Shown: in pieces, positions 9,989 to 18,067 of the stretch
Layout: each line of letters opens with the position of its first letter
Numbering within the stretch: the stretch's first letter is position 1
IMG/VR virus record: IMGVR_UViG_3300037483_000092
Span: 1-39,493 of that record
Length of the DNA: 39,493 nt
Origin: a virus
Taxonomy: Duplodnaviria; Caudoviricetes
Reading direction: 5' to 3' (one strand)
Notes under the pieces: model-generated
Databases searched by the model: none
Seen by the model: the letters and a program-made list of their open reading frames with translations, nothing else
Told to the model about the DNA's origin: nothing
Translations under genes and position numbers: made by a program

Positions 9989-10208
9989 GACTCCGGAAGA
10001 GTGGCTGGCCCGTATGCGTTCGGTCGGCGTGGTGTCCCGCTTGTCGGGCGATCGTGTGACCGGGGGCAAGGACAGGGACGGCCACACCTACAAGGCCACC
10101 ACGGACGACAACGGCAACACCGTCGTGCTCCGTGACGATCGGCAGGATGTCGTGATCGGTGCGCCGCGCATCTCGTTCACGGGGAAGAGTACGGAGGACC
10201 GTTCATGA
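9981..10208 (+). CDS. hypothetical protein
   Basis: GGAGG RBS; coupled in operon. Confidence 0.65.
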   Translation: MTETPEEWLARMRSVGVVSRLSGDRVTGGKDRDGHTYKATTDDNGNTVVLRDDRQDVVIGAPRISFTGKSTEDRS

Positions 10209-10498
10209 GCTCTACGGAGAAGGCGGCGCAGCTTCGGGCGCTGGCCGAACAGTTCGAGGGTCTCGGCGCGCTGGAGGATGATCTGAGCGCGGCCGTGGAG
10301 GCCTACCGGGCGGACCCCAGCCAGGACAACAAGGTCGTTTACGAAGACGCCAAGCTGGCGATCCGTACGGGCCGTAAGGAGATCCGGGAATCTGACCTGA
10401 TGGCCGTGGCCAACGAGCCTGGTTCGTCCACCGTCGGTGTGGCTCCGGTTCAGGTAGGCCGGTCTTCAGCTCCGGCTCCGTCTGTGAAGGGGTCCTGA
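10205..10498 (+). CDS. hypothetical protein
   Basis: ATGA overlap; GGAGG RBS; predicted helical. Confidence 0.65.
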   Translation: MSSTEKAAQLRALAEQFEGLGALEDDLSAAVEAYRADPSQDNKVVYEDAKLAIRTGRKEIRESDLMAVANEPGSSTVGVAPVQVGRSSAPAPSVKGS

Positions 10499-10499
10499 C

Positions 10500-10952
10500 A
10501 TGGCTGTCTCCGGTTCTGGCCTGTACGCGGCCACGTTGATTGACGTTCTGGACGTCACACAGCTGGCCGTGGACCTGTCGCTCACCACCAACAAGTGGGC
10601 GATGTTCACCAACTCGCTCACCGCTCCGAACTACAACACGGACACTGCGTACGGAGTCGCCCCGTACAACGCCAATGAAGTATCGGGAACCGGTTACACG
10701 GTCGGAGGTACGGTTGTCGCGTCTCCGACGCTGACTGTGTCCGGCGGGATCATCACGTTCGACCAGGCCGATACGTCCTGGACGGCTTCAACCATCACTG
10801 CCGCCCGGTGTGCCCAGCTGTACGCGGACGCGCTGGCGGGTAACAACGCGATCTGCCTGATTGACTTCGCGGGGGACTATTCCACGGTCAACGGCACGTT
10901 TCTCATTACCTGGAACGCTGCTGGCGTATTTACGATCGACGTCGTTCCATAG
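10500..10952 (+). CDS. putative virion structural protein
   Basis: NEVSGTGYT.GG, FD.AD..W, DF.GD...NGTF..W pattern typical of phage structural beta-proteins; location in morphogenesis operon. Confidence 0.65.
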   Translation: MAVSGSGLYAATLIDVLDVTQLAVDLSLTTNKWAMFTNSLTAPNYNTDTAYGVAPYNANEVSGTGYTVGGTVVASPTLTVSGGIITFDQADTSWTASTITAARCAQLYADALAGNNAICLIDFAGDYSTVNGTFLITWNAAGVFTIDVVP

Positions 10953-10970
10953 GGTCCGGAGGGCTCCGCC

Positions 10971-13163
10971 GTGGCCATCAGTACCGCGCTGCTGACCAGT
11001 GGCACGTCCACGGTCAACAGTGTCAGCACGTACGCCACGGCGAGCATCTCGCCAACGGCCAACTCTCTGCTGGTGGCCTCGCTGGTGTACGTGGTCACCG
11101 GGGGTGCCACCGATACGGTCTCCGGGCTGAGCCTGACGTGGACGGAACGTCAGACCAAGGTCATCTCAGCCTCCACCCGGATTACCACGTGGACGGCGCA
11201 GTGCGGAGCCTCCCCGGGGTCCGGAGCGCTGACGTTCACCCACAGCGCCAACGGGGCCACCCAGTCCGGCACCTGGGATGTGATCGAGGTTCTCGGTCAC
11301 GACACGTCGGGAACGGTCGTCCAGGCGGTGACGGCCGGACCGGTCACTGACACGGCTCCCACGGTCAGCTTCGCGGCGGCCGGGGACGCGGCCAACCGGT
11401 TCTTCGCGTTCATCGGGACCAACAGCAACCCGACGTGCACGCCACGGACGAACTGGACCGAGCTCGCGGACCATGGCGAGAGCTCTCCATCGGAAACCCA
11501 GGAAGTTCAGTGGCGCTCTGACGCCACGGACACGGCAGCGTCCGGCACACTGTCGCTGTCGGCCAGCTGGGGAATCAACGGGCTGGAGATCAAGGCCCTG
11601 ACGGCGACCAACGCCACGGTCACGCCCGGGCAGATAGCGGCCACGGCCAGCGCTCCGGCTCCGTCTCTGTCAACGGGGTCCACCGCCGCTCCGTCGGTTC
11701 TCGCTGTCGTCGCTGCCGCATCCTCTCCGTCCCTGTCCACGGGGTCCACGGCGTCTCCGGCCGGAATCTCCGTCATCGCCGCTCTGCCTGCTCCGGTAGT
11801 CGTGGTGCAGACGGTTCCGGCTCCCGCTTCGGTGGTTGCGGTGGCGACGGCTCCGGCACCCTCGTTGTCCACAGGGCTGACCGTGGAGGCCGGGCAGATC
11901 GTTTCTGCTGTCACCGCCCCCACTCCGTCTCTGTCCACGGGTATGACGGTCGCTCCCGTCGCGGTGGCTGCCACGGGCTCTCTGCCGTCTCCGGACATTT
12001 CGATAGGGACGGCGAAGGTCACGGACACGATTACGGCTGTCGTGGGGATGCCAGCGCCCGTTGTGGGGTCTGTGACCATCGTTTCGGCGACCGGCGTCAA
12101 CGCGGTCACGGCGATCCCTGTCCCATCACCATCAGCCGGGTCTACGACGTCGGCAGCGACGATCTCCGTCGCTTCTGCGGTATCGGCCCCTGATCTGTCC
12201 ACAGGTGGAACGGCGACCCCTTCGCATGTGACTGCGGCTGTCACCACACCTGCTCCGTCCCTGTCGGTGGGCAGCGAGATCACGGTGGCCGGTATCGGTG
12301 CGATCGTGGCTGCTCCGGAGCCGCAGATCAGCGCGGGCGCGGGTCTTCAGCCTTCGGTTACGGTCGTGTCCGTCGCCACGCCCGCTCCGGCCCTGTCCAC
12401 GGGAGCCGGAGCGTCTCCTCCAGCTCTCGCTTCGGTCTCGGCTGTGTTCGTTCCGGACATCTCCACGGGACAGGAGGTGGTACCAGGAACCGTCGTGAGT
12501 GTCCTGGGAATCCCGGCACCTACGGTGTCGGCCAGCGGTAACGTGACGATCATCCCGACGCAGATACCTGTAGTCGTGGCGCTGCCCAGCCCTGTGGTAT
12601 CGGCCGGGTCGAATGTGGAGCCCGGTCAGGTTCCCGCTGTGGTGGCAGTTGCGACACCCGGCATCACGGCCGGAACCGAGGTGTCTCCGGACACGGTGCC
12701 TTCGGCAGTGAGCTTCCCCGCTCCGGGTGTGTCGACGGGGGTCACTCTGGCTGTGAATCCGGTCGGTGCGGTGGCGTCCCTCCCGGTACCGGAGATTAGC
12801 GGGAGCGCGAACGTTGCTCCGGATGTTGTCCAGTGCTCCGTGTCGATTCCGTCCGTGACGTTCTCGTCATCGGCTTCTGTCGCGCCTTCGGCCATCGGAA
12901 TCACGGCGTCATTCCCGGCCCCTGTCCTCCACACGGACGTGACGTTCACGCCCTTGCGCGTCGTCACTACGGCAGGGGCTCCGGCCGTCGTCGTCGTGGT
13001 GACACCCTTGGGCACTCCGTCGCCGGTACCCGGCCGGTCGGGCACCCTGGGAGGAAGCGCTCCCGCTGTATCACGGGGCGGCGGTAATGTCACCACATCG
13101 GGAGATGACCACCAGTCGTCCACACGGTCTTCACACGGGCCTACCAGCACAGGGGAGTCATGA
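10971..13163 (+). CDS. long Ser/Thr/Ala/Val/Pro-rich repetitive protein, putative virion fiber/decoration
   Basis: ~210-aa globular N-terminus followed by many ~22-aa repeats of the type P..V.A..A.PAPSLSTG. Confidence 0.75.
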   Translation: MAISTALLTSGTSTVNSVSTYATASISPTANSLLVASLVYVVTGGATDTVSGLSLTWTERQTKVISASTRITTWTAQCGASPGSGALTFTHSANGATQSGTWDVIEVLGHDTSGTVVQAVTAGPVTDTAPTVSFAAAGDAANRFFAFIGTNSNPTCTPRTNWTELADHGESSPSETQEVQWRSDATDTAASGTLSLSASWGINGLEIKALTATNATVTPGQIAATASAPAPSLSTGSTAAPSVLAVVAAASSPSLSTGSTASPAGISVIAALPAPVVVVQTVPAPASVVAVATAPAPSLSTGLTVEAGQIVSAVTAPTPSLSTGMTVAPVAVAATGSLPSPDISIGTAKVTDTITAVVGMPAPVVGSVTIVSATGVNAVTAIPVPSPSAGSTTSAATISVASAVSAPDLSTGGTATPSHVTAAVTTPAPSLSVGSEITVAGIGAIVAAPEPQISAGAGLQPSVTVVSVATPAPALSTGAGASPPALASVSAVFVPDISTGQEVVPGTVVSVLGIPAPTVSASGNVTIIPTQIPVVVALPSPVVSAGSNVEPGQVPAVVAVATPGITAGTEVSPDTVPSAVSFPAPGVSTGVTLAVNPVGAVASLPVPEISGSANVAPDVVQCSVSIPSVTFSSSASVAPSAIGITASFPAPVLHTDVTFTPLRVVTTAGAPAVVVVVTPLGTPSPVPGRSGTLGGSAPAVSRGGGNVTTSGDDHQSSTRSSHGPTSTGES

Positions 13164-13489
13164 CCGTCTACTACGTCAAGCAGGGGGACACGGCTCCCGT
13201 CGCCACGGCCACGCTGCTGGACCCCTCCGGCGCGGCGGTGTCCCTGTCCGGGGCCGTCGTGCGCTTCCACATGAGCAACGCGACCACGGTCATCGTTGAC
13301 GCTCTGGCCACCGTTGACGCTGATCAGGTCCTCAACAAGGGCAAGGTCACCTACCAGTGGCTGACCGCCAACACGGCTACGGCCGGAACGTTTCGGGCGG
13401 AGTGGCAGGTCACGTTCGCGGACGCGACCATTCAGACGTTCCCCAATTTCGGGTACGACACGGTTCAGATCGAGACACAGCTTGCTTAG
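13160..13489 (+). CDS. BppU N-terminal-like Ig-fold structural protein
   Basis: KQGDT.P, G.V.Y.W...T..AG.F.AEW.VTF.D...TFP pattern. Confidence 0.65.
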   Translation: MTVYYVKQGDTAPVATATLLDPSGAAVSLSGAVVRFHMSNATTVIVDALATVDADQVLNKGKVTYQWLTANTATAGTFRAEWQVTFADATIQTFPNFGYDTVQIETQLA

Positions 13490-13492
13490 GAG

Positions 13493-14386
13493 ATGCCGGT
13501 GAAGACCGCGCTTGTCACAGGATCGTCCGGTTTCGTGGGGCGTCACTTCGTCCGGGAGCTCGATAGGCGTGGCTGGCGTGTCGTCCGCTGCGATATCAAA
13601 GACCAGAACCAGCGAGACGTCATGGAGCTGGCCAGGGCCAATCAGATGAAGTACGACCTGGTGGTCCACGCGGCGGCCCGGTCTCCGCATCGTAAGGCGA
13701 TCGACACTCAGCCCGCTGCCATGGTCTACAACCAGATGCTGGACGCGGTCATGTTCGAATGGGCTATCAGGTCGCAGCCCAGGCACATGATCTACCTGTC
13801 CTCCAGCGCGGTGTACCCGGTCGGCCTGCAGACTCCTGCCGGGATCCGGTATCGGCTCACAGAGCTGGACACTGAAGAACTCACCGCGTCCACCAGCCTG
13901 ACGGAACCGGACGCGATCTATGGCCGGATCAAGAGGCAGGGGGAGTCTCTGGCTCTGCAGCTCTGCGAGGCCGGTGTTCCCGTCCACGTCGTCCGGCCGT
14001 TCAGTGGCTACGGCGAAGACCAGACCCCGGACTATCCGTTCGGCCGGTTCGCTGAACAGATCAACGCTCGGGAGCCGGTCATCAGAATCTGGGGCAACGG
14101 ACACCAGGTCCGGGACTGGATTCACGTGGACGACGTTGTCAACGGTGCGCTGGCGATGCTGGACGGGTATGAGTCGCCGGTCAACCTCTGTACCGGCGTC
14201 GGCACCAACATGATGACCCTGGTCGCCAAGATGGCGAAAGAGGCCGGGTACACACCACGGCTGCAGTTCGTGGACGGTCCTACCGGCGTGGCCGTGCGCG
14301 TCGGCGACCCCAGCCGCATGGAGCGGCTGTTTACGCCTAAGATCAGCCTTGACGAAGGCGTGTTCCGCGCGATCAAGGAGAGGTGA
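13493..14386 (+). CDS. NAD-dependent nucleotide-sugar epimerase/dehydratase (extended SDR)
   Basis: TGSSGFVG, SSSAVY, YGRIK (YxxxK), GNG.QVRDWIHVDD. Confidence 0.92.
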   Translation: MPVKTALVTGSSGFVGRHFVRELDRRGWRVVRCDIKDQNQRDVMELARANQMKYDLVVHAAARSPHRKAIDTQPAAMVYNQMLDAVMFEWAIRSQPRHMIYLSSSAVYPVGLQTPAGIRYRLTELDTEELTASTSLTEPDAIYGRIKRQGESLALQLCEAGVPVHVVRPFSGYGEDQTPDYPFGRFAEQINAREPVIRIWGNGHQVRDWIHVDDVVNGALAMLDGYESPVNLCTGVGTNMMTLVAKMAKEAGYTPRLQFVDGPTGVAVRVGDPSRMERLFTPKISLDEGVFRAIKER

Positions 14387-14390
14387 CCGG

Positions 14391-15011
14391 ATGGCTCTCG
14401 GAGATCCTTACGCGACATTGGTCCAGCTGAAGGACCGGCTGGGCATCAAAGCTGGAGATACCGTGGACGACCTGACCCTGAACGATGCTCTGGACGGAGC
14501 GTCCCGGGGGATCGAGGCGGAGTGTCACCGCCAGTTCAACGACGCCGGTACGGAGACGGCGCGGGTCTTCTATCCGATCTCCAGCCGGATCGTCCGCACG
14601 GACGACTTCCAGAGTTCGGCAGGTCTGATCATCGCCACCGACCCGGGGTACGACGGAACGTACGAGATCACCTGGACGTCTGCCGGGTATGAACTCCGGC
14701 CCCTGAACGGGGTCGTGAACGGCCAGACCGGCTGGCCGTACAACAAGATCGTGGCGACTCCGTCGACAGGGCTCTACTTCCCCTGTACGGGCCGGGCCTC
14801 CGTCAAGGTCACGGCGCGCTGGGGCTGGGCGGCCGTACCGAAACCGATCAAGATCGCCACTCTGATTCTGGCCGAAGACCTGGCGAAGCTGAAGGATCTT
14901 CCGTTCGGTTCCGGCGGGTACGGGGAATGGGGCCGGATCAAGGCCCGGGAGAACCCAAACGTCCTGCTCCGGATCGCCCCGTACATTCGGTCCATGGTTC
15001 AGGTGGCCTGA
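14391..15011 (+). CDS. head-to-tail adaptor
   Basis: YATL.QLK.RLG, ASR.IE.EC.R.F, VTARWGW.AVP motifs; GGAG RBS. Confidence 0.8.
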   Translation: MALGDPYATLVQLKDRLGIKAGDTVDDLTLNDALDGASRGIEAECHRQFNDAGTETARVFYPISSRIVRTDDFQSSAGLIIATDPGYDGTYEITWTSAGYELRPLNGVVNGQTGWPYNKIVATPSTGLYFPCTGRASVKVTARWGWAAVPKPIKIATLILAEDLAKLKDLPFGSGGYGEWGRIKARENPNVLLRIAPYIRSMVQVA

Positions 15012-15012
15012 C

Positions 15013-15435
15013 ATGGCGACCCCGACGATCATTGAAGTCATGCGGGCGATCGAGTCAGCTCTGAACGACATCACCGGCCTGCGGACCACGGAGTTCATCA
15101 AAGACCAGATGTCACCTCCGTTCGCCATGGTCGGGGTGCCGGAGATCCCCGATTACCACGGGGCGTTCAGGTCCGGGTCCATGACGATCTCCCCGCGCGT
15201 GTACGTCTTCGTCTCCTCCGTGGTGGACCGGATCGGGCAGACGGCGCTGGCCGGATACGCCAACCCCACAGGAGATCAGTCGATCAAGACCGCGCTGGAA
15301 GCCGACAACGCGCTGGGTGGGGTCGTAGCCCAGGTCGTGGTCAAATCGTTCCGGCCGTTGGGTGCGGAGGAGATGGGCGCTTTCAACTACTACGGCGGAG
15401 TCTTCGATCTTATGATCGTGGCCACGGGGAACTAG
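15013..15435 (+). CDS. putative tail terminator/completion protein
   Basis: Size and position between adaptor and tail tube; ALEADN.LGG motif. Confidence 0.6.
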   Translation: MATPTIIEVMRAIESALNDITGLRTTEFIKDQMSPPFAMVGVPEIPDYHGAFRSGSMTISPRVYVFVSSVVDRIGQTALAGYANPTGDQSIKTALEADNALGGVVAQVVVKSFRPLGAEEMGAFNYYGGVFDLMIVATGN

Positions 15436-15448
15436 AAAGAGGCTGAGT

Positions 15449-15649
15449 ATGGAAGAGACGTATACGGTGTGCGGAGGCCTGCAGGTGGCCGGGAAGATGA
15501 ACGGTGAGACGGTCACGCGCTCTGAGCTCGAAGCGGCCCGGTGCACCGATGGAAACATCTCTTCCCTGATCGTTGCTGGCCTGATCGAATTGACCGAACT
15601 GAGCGTGAAACCGGCCAAGTCCACGGCCAAGGCCAAGACAGGGGAGTGA
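15449..15649 (+). CDS. hypothetical protein
   Basis: GAGG RBS; 66 aa with basic tail. Confidence 0.6.
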   Translation: MEETYTVCGGLQVAGKMNGETVTRSELEAARCTDGNISSLIVAGLIELTELSVKPAKSTAKAKTGE

Positions 15650-15653
15650 CCAC

Positions 15654-16388
15654 ATGGCCCCGGTAGTCCTCACAGACTGCATCGCCTGGGTAGGCGGGTA
15701 CGACTTCACCACCGACTCCAACAGCCTGACCCTGGACGTGTCGGTGGAGGACAAGGACTCCACCGTGTTCGGTCAATCCGGGTGGAAGAGCCGGGTCGGC
15801 GGGCTGAAGGATGTCACCTCCGATCTCAAAGGGCTCTGGCAGTCCGCCACCCTGCTGGCCCCAGACCCCCAGGCCTTCGCCAACCTCGGCGTGGCCGACA
15901 TGGGGCAGACGTACGCGGCCACCTCCACAGAGGGCAGCGTGGCCTACTTCTACCAGGGCCTGCAGCCGTCCTATGACCTGTTCGGAGCTGTCGGGGAGAT
16001 TGCTCCGTTCTCGATCAAGTCATCCTGCTCCAACTACGTCGGAGCCATCCGTGGACAGGTCACTCCTGCTAAGGGGAACGTGAGCGCGACCGGAGCTCTG
16101 GGAGCTGGGGCCAACCTCGGAGCCGTGTCGGCCACCCAGTACCTCTACGGGATCTTCCATGTCCTGGGCACCCCAGGAACCACGGTCACAGCCAAGATCG
16201 AATCGGACAGTACGGGGGCCTTCTCCACTCCGGCCAACGTCGGATCATCTTTCGGTCCGATTACCACGGCCGGGGCGACATGGGTCACCAGGACGGCCGG
16301 AGCCATCACGGACACCTGGTTCCGGTTCAACGTGACCGCGATCACCGGCACGTTCTCAATCGCTGGTGCCATCGGCATCGGATCCTAG
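15654..16388 (+). CDS. tail tube-like protein with C-terminal extra domain
   Basis: N-terminal half aligns by eye to 16401..16808 (VLTD, SLTL, ST.FG, SRVGGLKD). Confidence 0.65.
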   Translation: MAPVVLTDCIAWVGGYDFTTDSNSLTLDVSVEDKDSTVFGQSGWKSRVGGLKDVTSDLKGLWQSATLLAPDPQAFANLGVADMGQTYAATSTEGSVAYFYQGLQPSYDLFGAVGEIAPFSIKSSCSNYVGAIRGQVTPAKGNVSATGALGAGANLGAVSATQYLYGIFHVLGTPGTTVTAKIESDSTGAFSTPANVGSSFGPITTAGATWVTRTAGAITDTWFRFNVTAITGTFSIAGAIGIGS

Positions 16389-16400
16389 AAGGGGGCTCCC

Positions 16401-16808
16401 GTGGCCATTCTCGTTCTCACTGACGTCAAGGTTCAGATCAACTCCGTCAACCTGTCCGATCACGCCACCTCCCTGACGCTCACGATCGACGTGGACGAGC
16501 AGGAGAGCACGGCGTTCGGAGCCACCTTCCGTTCCCGTGTCGGTGGCCTCAAAGACGGGAAGCTCGATGTGGAGTTCAACGAGGACTTCGCGTCTTCGAA
16601 CGTGGACGCAACGATCTGGGCGGCGCTGGGGACCGTGGTCCCGTTCACGGCCAAGGCCGTCTCCACCACCACGTCCGCGACCAACCCGGAGTACCAGGGA
16701 AACATTCTGATCAACTCCCACGTGCCGATCGACGGATCAGTGGGAGACCTGGCGAAGACCAAGGTGTCCTGGCCGACGTCGGGGACCATTACCAGGGCCG
16801 TCGCGTAG
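16401..16808 (+). CDS. major tail (tube) protein
   Basis: 135 aa; STAFG...RVGGLKD, NPEYQG, GSVGDLA, W...G.IT motifs; position before neck and chaperone genes. Confidence 0.75.
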   Translation: MAILVLTDVKVQINSVNLSDHATSLTLTIDVDEQESTAFGATFRSRVGGLKDGKLDVEFNEDFASSNVDATIWAALGTVVPFTAKAVSTTTSATNPEYQGNILINSHVPIDGSVGDLAKTKVSWPTSGTITRAVA

Positions 16809-16811
16809 GTC

Positions 16812-17354
16812 ATGGCCGGGGCACCTACCGGGCCGGGGTTCGACCTGGATACGCGTGAGCTCCGGGACCTGGAGAGGGACCTGCGGCGGCTGCAGGGCGG
16901 TCGTGCTTCGCTGACCCGGTACGCGGACAGCGTCAAGACCGTGGCCGAACGCCAGATGATCCCCGCGCTTCGGAACAAGGTGAAGTCCCTGCCTTCCAAG
17001 GGGCAGAGCGCGAGGCAGGGCCAGCCGTCCCTTCGGGACACGACGGCGAAGGCGATCGTGTTCAGCTTCCGCGTGGATGGCAAGCACGCGGCCAGCATGA
17101 TCCGGGTCAACCCTCAGAGGATGTCACCACGTAAGCGGTTCTCCGGGTTCCTCCCGTCCTACATGGAGGGAGTTCCGGGATTCACGAACTGGCGTCACCA
17201 GGTCTACGGCAACAGCTCTGTCTGGGTACGTCAGCCGTCCACTCCGTGGATGCAGGATGTGATCGCCCGATACACTCCGGACGTCATGCGCGTGGTCGAA
17301 GACGGCTTCGAGCGCAACGTCACTCAAGCGGTGCAAGGCAGAAGGGGACGGTAG
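16812..17354 (+). CDS. putative neck/tail completion protein (HK97 gp10-like)
   Basis: Basic protein, WRH.VYG...WV.Q...PW motif; position. Confidence 0.55.
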   Translation: MAGAPTGPGFDLDTRELRDLERDLRRLQGGRASLTRYADSVKTVAERQMIPALRNKVKSLPSKGQSARQGQPSLRDTTAKAIVFSFRVDGKHAASMIRVNPQRMSPRKRFSGFLPSYMEGVPGFTNWRHQVYGNSSVWVRQPSTPWMQDVIARYTPDVMRVVEDGFERNVTQAVQGRRGR

Positions 17355-17720
17355 ATGGTCAGCGGAGATCCACGGAGGCGCAACGCTCCGAAGAAGAGGC
17401 CGGTCAAGATCCAGTCTGAACCCCTGGACCTGGACGCATACGAGGATGAACAGAAGCAGAAAGAAGAGGAACACCTCTATCGCTGGATCCAGGGCGGGAT
17501 CAAATTCGTTCTCCCTCCGTTCGGCAGCTTGGACCGCAGTCTCATGGAGACGGCCGACGATGACGTCGAATTCATGACGGCTGCTCTGCGGCTGGGCCTG
17601 GAGCAGACCATGCCGGAAGGCAGCTTCGAGAAGTGGGACGATCTTCCCATGTCGCTGGACAGTCTTAACCGGCTGTTCAAGGACTGGGGCGATCACTCGG
17701 GGATGGACACGGGAAAATAG
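17355..17720 (+). CDS. tail assembly chaperone (G)
   Basis: Ends ...TGK at G-GGA-AAA-TAG, two ORFs upstream of the tape measure gene. Confidence 0.8.
   Translation: MVSGDPRRRNAPKKRPVKIQSEPLDLDAYEDEQKQKEEEHLYRWIQGGIKFVLPPFGSLDRSLMETADDDVEFMTAALRLGLEQTMPEGSFEKWDDLPMSLDSLNRLFKDWGDHSGMDTGK
17711..17717 (+). other. programmed -1 ribosomal frameshift site GGGAAAA
   Basis: X XXY YYZ heptamer in correct frame; -1 frame is open from 17711 to 18067. Confidence 0.85.
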
Positions 17721-18067
17721 CCTGGCTGGTCTCACTGCCCAAGGAATACCCGACAGAGGTCACGGCGGATTTGGCGCACTTCTACGGCAGGAGACTGGCC
17801 GACCTGGGAACGGAGAAGCTGACCTATCCGGAGTTCTATTCGTTCATGGATCATCTCCCGGTGGACTCCGCTCTCCGGCGGGCCATACACGGAGACGATT
17901 TCGTAGAGTGGACCCAGGTCGTGAGCATCCTGAAAGAGATCCTTTACACCCTGCAGTGGTCCAACTACCAGCGCGCCGAAGGCAAGGGGACCGAGCCCCA
18001 GCCGGAGAAGCCCCCGGTGCCCTGGGACAAGGACCCGTTTCCGGTCTTTGATGAGACGGAGGACTGA
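17711..18067 (+). CDS. tail assembly chaperone frameshifted extension (GT)
   Basis: -1 frame reads GKIAWLVSLPKEYPTEVTADLAHFYG...; lacks own clear start. Confidence 0.8.
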   Translation, partial: GKIAWLVSLPKEYPTEVTADLAHFYGRRLADLGTEKLTYPEFYSFMDHLPVDSALRRAIHGDDFVEWTQVVSILKEILYTLQWSNYQRAEGKGTEPQPEKPPVPWDKDPFPVFDETED

